Source of the DNA: Haliotis cracherodii
Lineage: Eukaryota
NCBI RefSeq assembly: GCF_022045235.1
Contig: NW_027266341.1
Location: 56,358,001-56,422,000, forward strand
Length of the DNA: 64,000 nucleotides
Direction: 5' to 3'
Shown: piece after piece, positions 62,842 through 64,000 of the stretch
Position numbering within the stretch: position 1 is the first letter of the stretch
Layout: the number at the start of each line of letters is the position of its first letter
Position numbers and translations under genes: made by a program
The notes under the pieces: model-generated
The model's database searches: none
The model's input: the letters and a program-made list of their open reading frames with translations, nothing else
What the model was told of the DNA's origin: nothing

Positions 62842-63193
62842 GGACCGCCTCCGTGGTCTAGTGGTAGAGCGTCCGCCCGGAGACCGGAAGGTCTGGGGTT
62901 CGATCCCCGATCGCGTCATACCAAAAGACGTTAAAAGATGGTACTTGTTGTTACCCTGTCTGGCCCTCGACATTAAGGGTATAAAACAAGGACTGGTCGG
63001 CTCGGAGTCAGTATACTGTGTCTGAGTGGGGTATTCATGTTAAACTGCGGCATGGTATCTCAGTGAGCTAGAACTATAAATGGGCATCAGTCCGGACTAG
63101 TACAAGCAGCCACACAAACACACACACGTACATGCACGTCGCTATATAAGTGCAATAATCTTGGACGCGACGTTAAACCCCATTTCACCTCAC
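62842..63193 (+). mobile_element. Full-length SINE family A with TSD
   Basis: TTGTTCTAAGTAT(GGA) at 62829 and 63194; A-box TGGTCTAGTGG, B-box GGTTCGATCCC. Confidence 0.93.
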
Positions 63194-63894
63194 TTGTTCT
63201 AAGTATGGATATGATATATGGATGAATAACGTCTTTATTAGAATTAGGACTAACGTTTCGGTGTAGGTTTTAACTTGCTTGATAACGTTATTAGAACCTA
63301 CATCGAAACGTCGCTCCTAATTGTAATACAGAAGTTGTACATCCATATATCTTATCCTTACTCATGACGTTACTTGTCGCGTTACAAATTAGTCACCATG
63401 GCGGACACAATATAAAATTATATAAATGTGGGAAAAGCCATCCCCTGAAGATAAGTCTTTGTTATTTGTGAACTCGAGGTAAATGCATATATGGGGTTGT
63501 ATACCATGAGTCCGAGCTCATACATGAGACCCGCGACATTGATACAGTCATTGCATTTCTATCTTTTACTTATGAAATCCTACAGGAGACACTGTCGAGA
63601 TAAGTTTGTCGCACTGTCGCTGTTACAAAATCTAGTGAAAAGGAAAAAATTTACCAAGGCGAATTGTTTTGAATATTATCTTTGGTCTTTTTTTACCACC
63701 GACGGAGAACGCGACAACGCACTGGCGGCCAATAGAAACTTTACCACTTTAAAGAAATGAAATTGTAAAAATGTAAAAACACAAGTTCAGACTAAATCAA
63801 TGCAATAAACATAGTCCAAACACAACAATGCTTTATGCAGAGGTGATACACGTCAACGGCACGTATATTTGTAGAAAATGCTAAAAAGTGAAAA

Positions 63895-64000
63895 ACACGT
63901 GCCGCTTAAGCAGCCGAAACTACGTGTGCAATAAGGGTATATAAATGAAACTGACGGCATGTCAGTCACTCACACTGATAAAGAATCATCACAGAAATGC
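63895..64000 (+). promoter_or_regulatory. Probable promoter, 5' UTR and start codon of a ninth cluster gene
   Basis: CACGTG near 63896, TATATAAA 63938-63945, TCAGTC 63962-63967, ATG 63997-63999 at the window edge. Confidence 0.6.

Overview
AT-rich animal genomic DNA with spliceosomal introns, SINEs, decayed LINE/Tc1 fragments and two N-gaps. The repeat families suggest a gastropod mollusc, possibly abalone; this is recalled, not verified. The window holds a cluster of eight intact genes, plus a probable ninth promoter and ATG at the right edge. All eight encode predicted secreted, low-complexity proteins and share one architecture: TATA box, a first exon coding only two codons (ATG AAG; ATG AGG in gene 7), a phase-0 GT-AG intron, then one exon with the rest of the signal peptide and the whole mature protein, then AATAAA. 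Genes 1-5 are paralogous Gly/His(/Tyr)-rich GHG-repeat proteins (orientation +,+,-,-,+). Gene 6 is a Tyr/Lys/Asn/Asp (YKP) repeat protein, gene 7 is an 821-aa protein with about 30 His/Ser/Asn/Pro 13-mers, and gene 8 is a 200-aa protein with a duplicated 29-aa motif. The best interpretation is a co-regulated locus for a sclerotised extracellular biomaterial; that function is inference.
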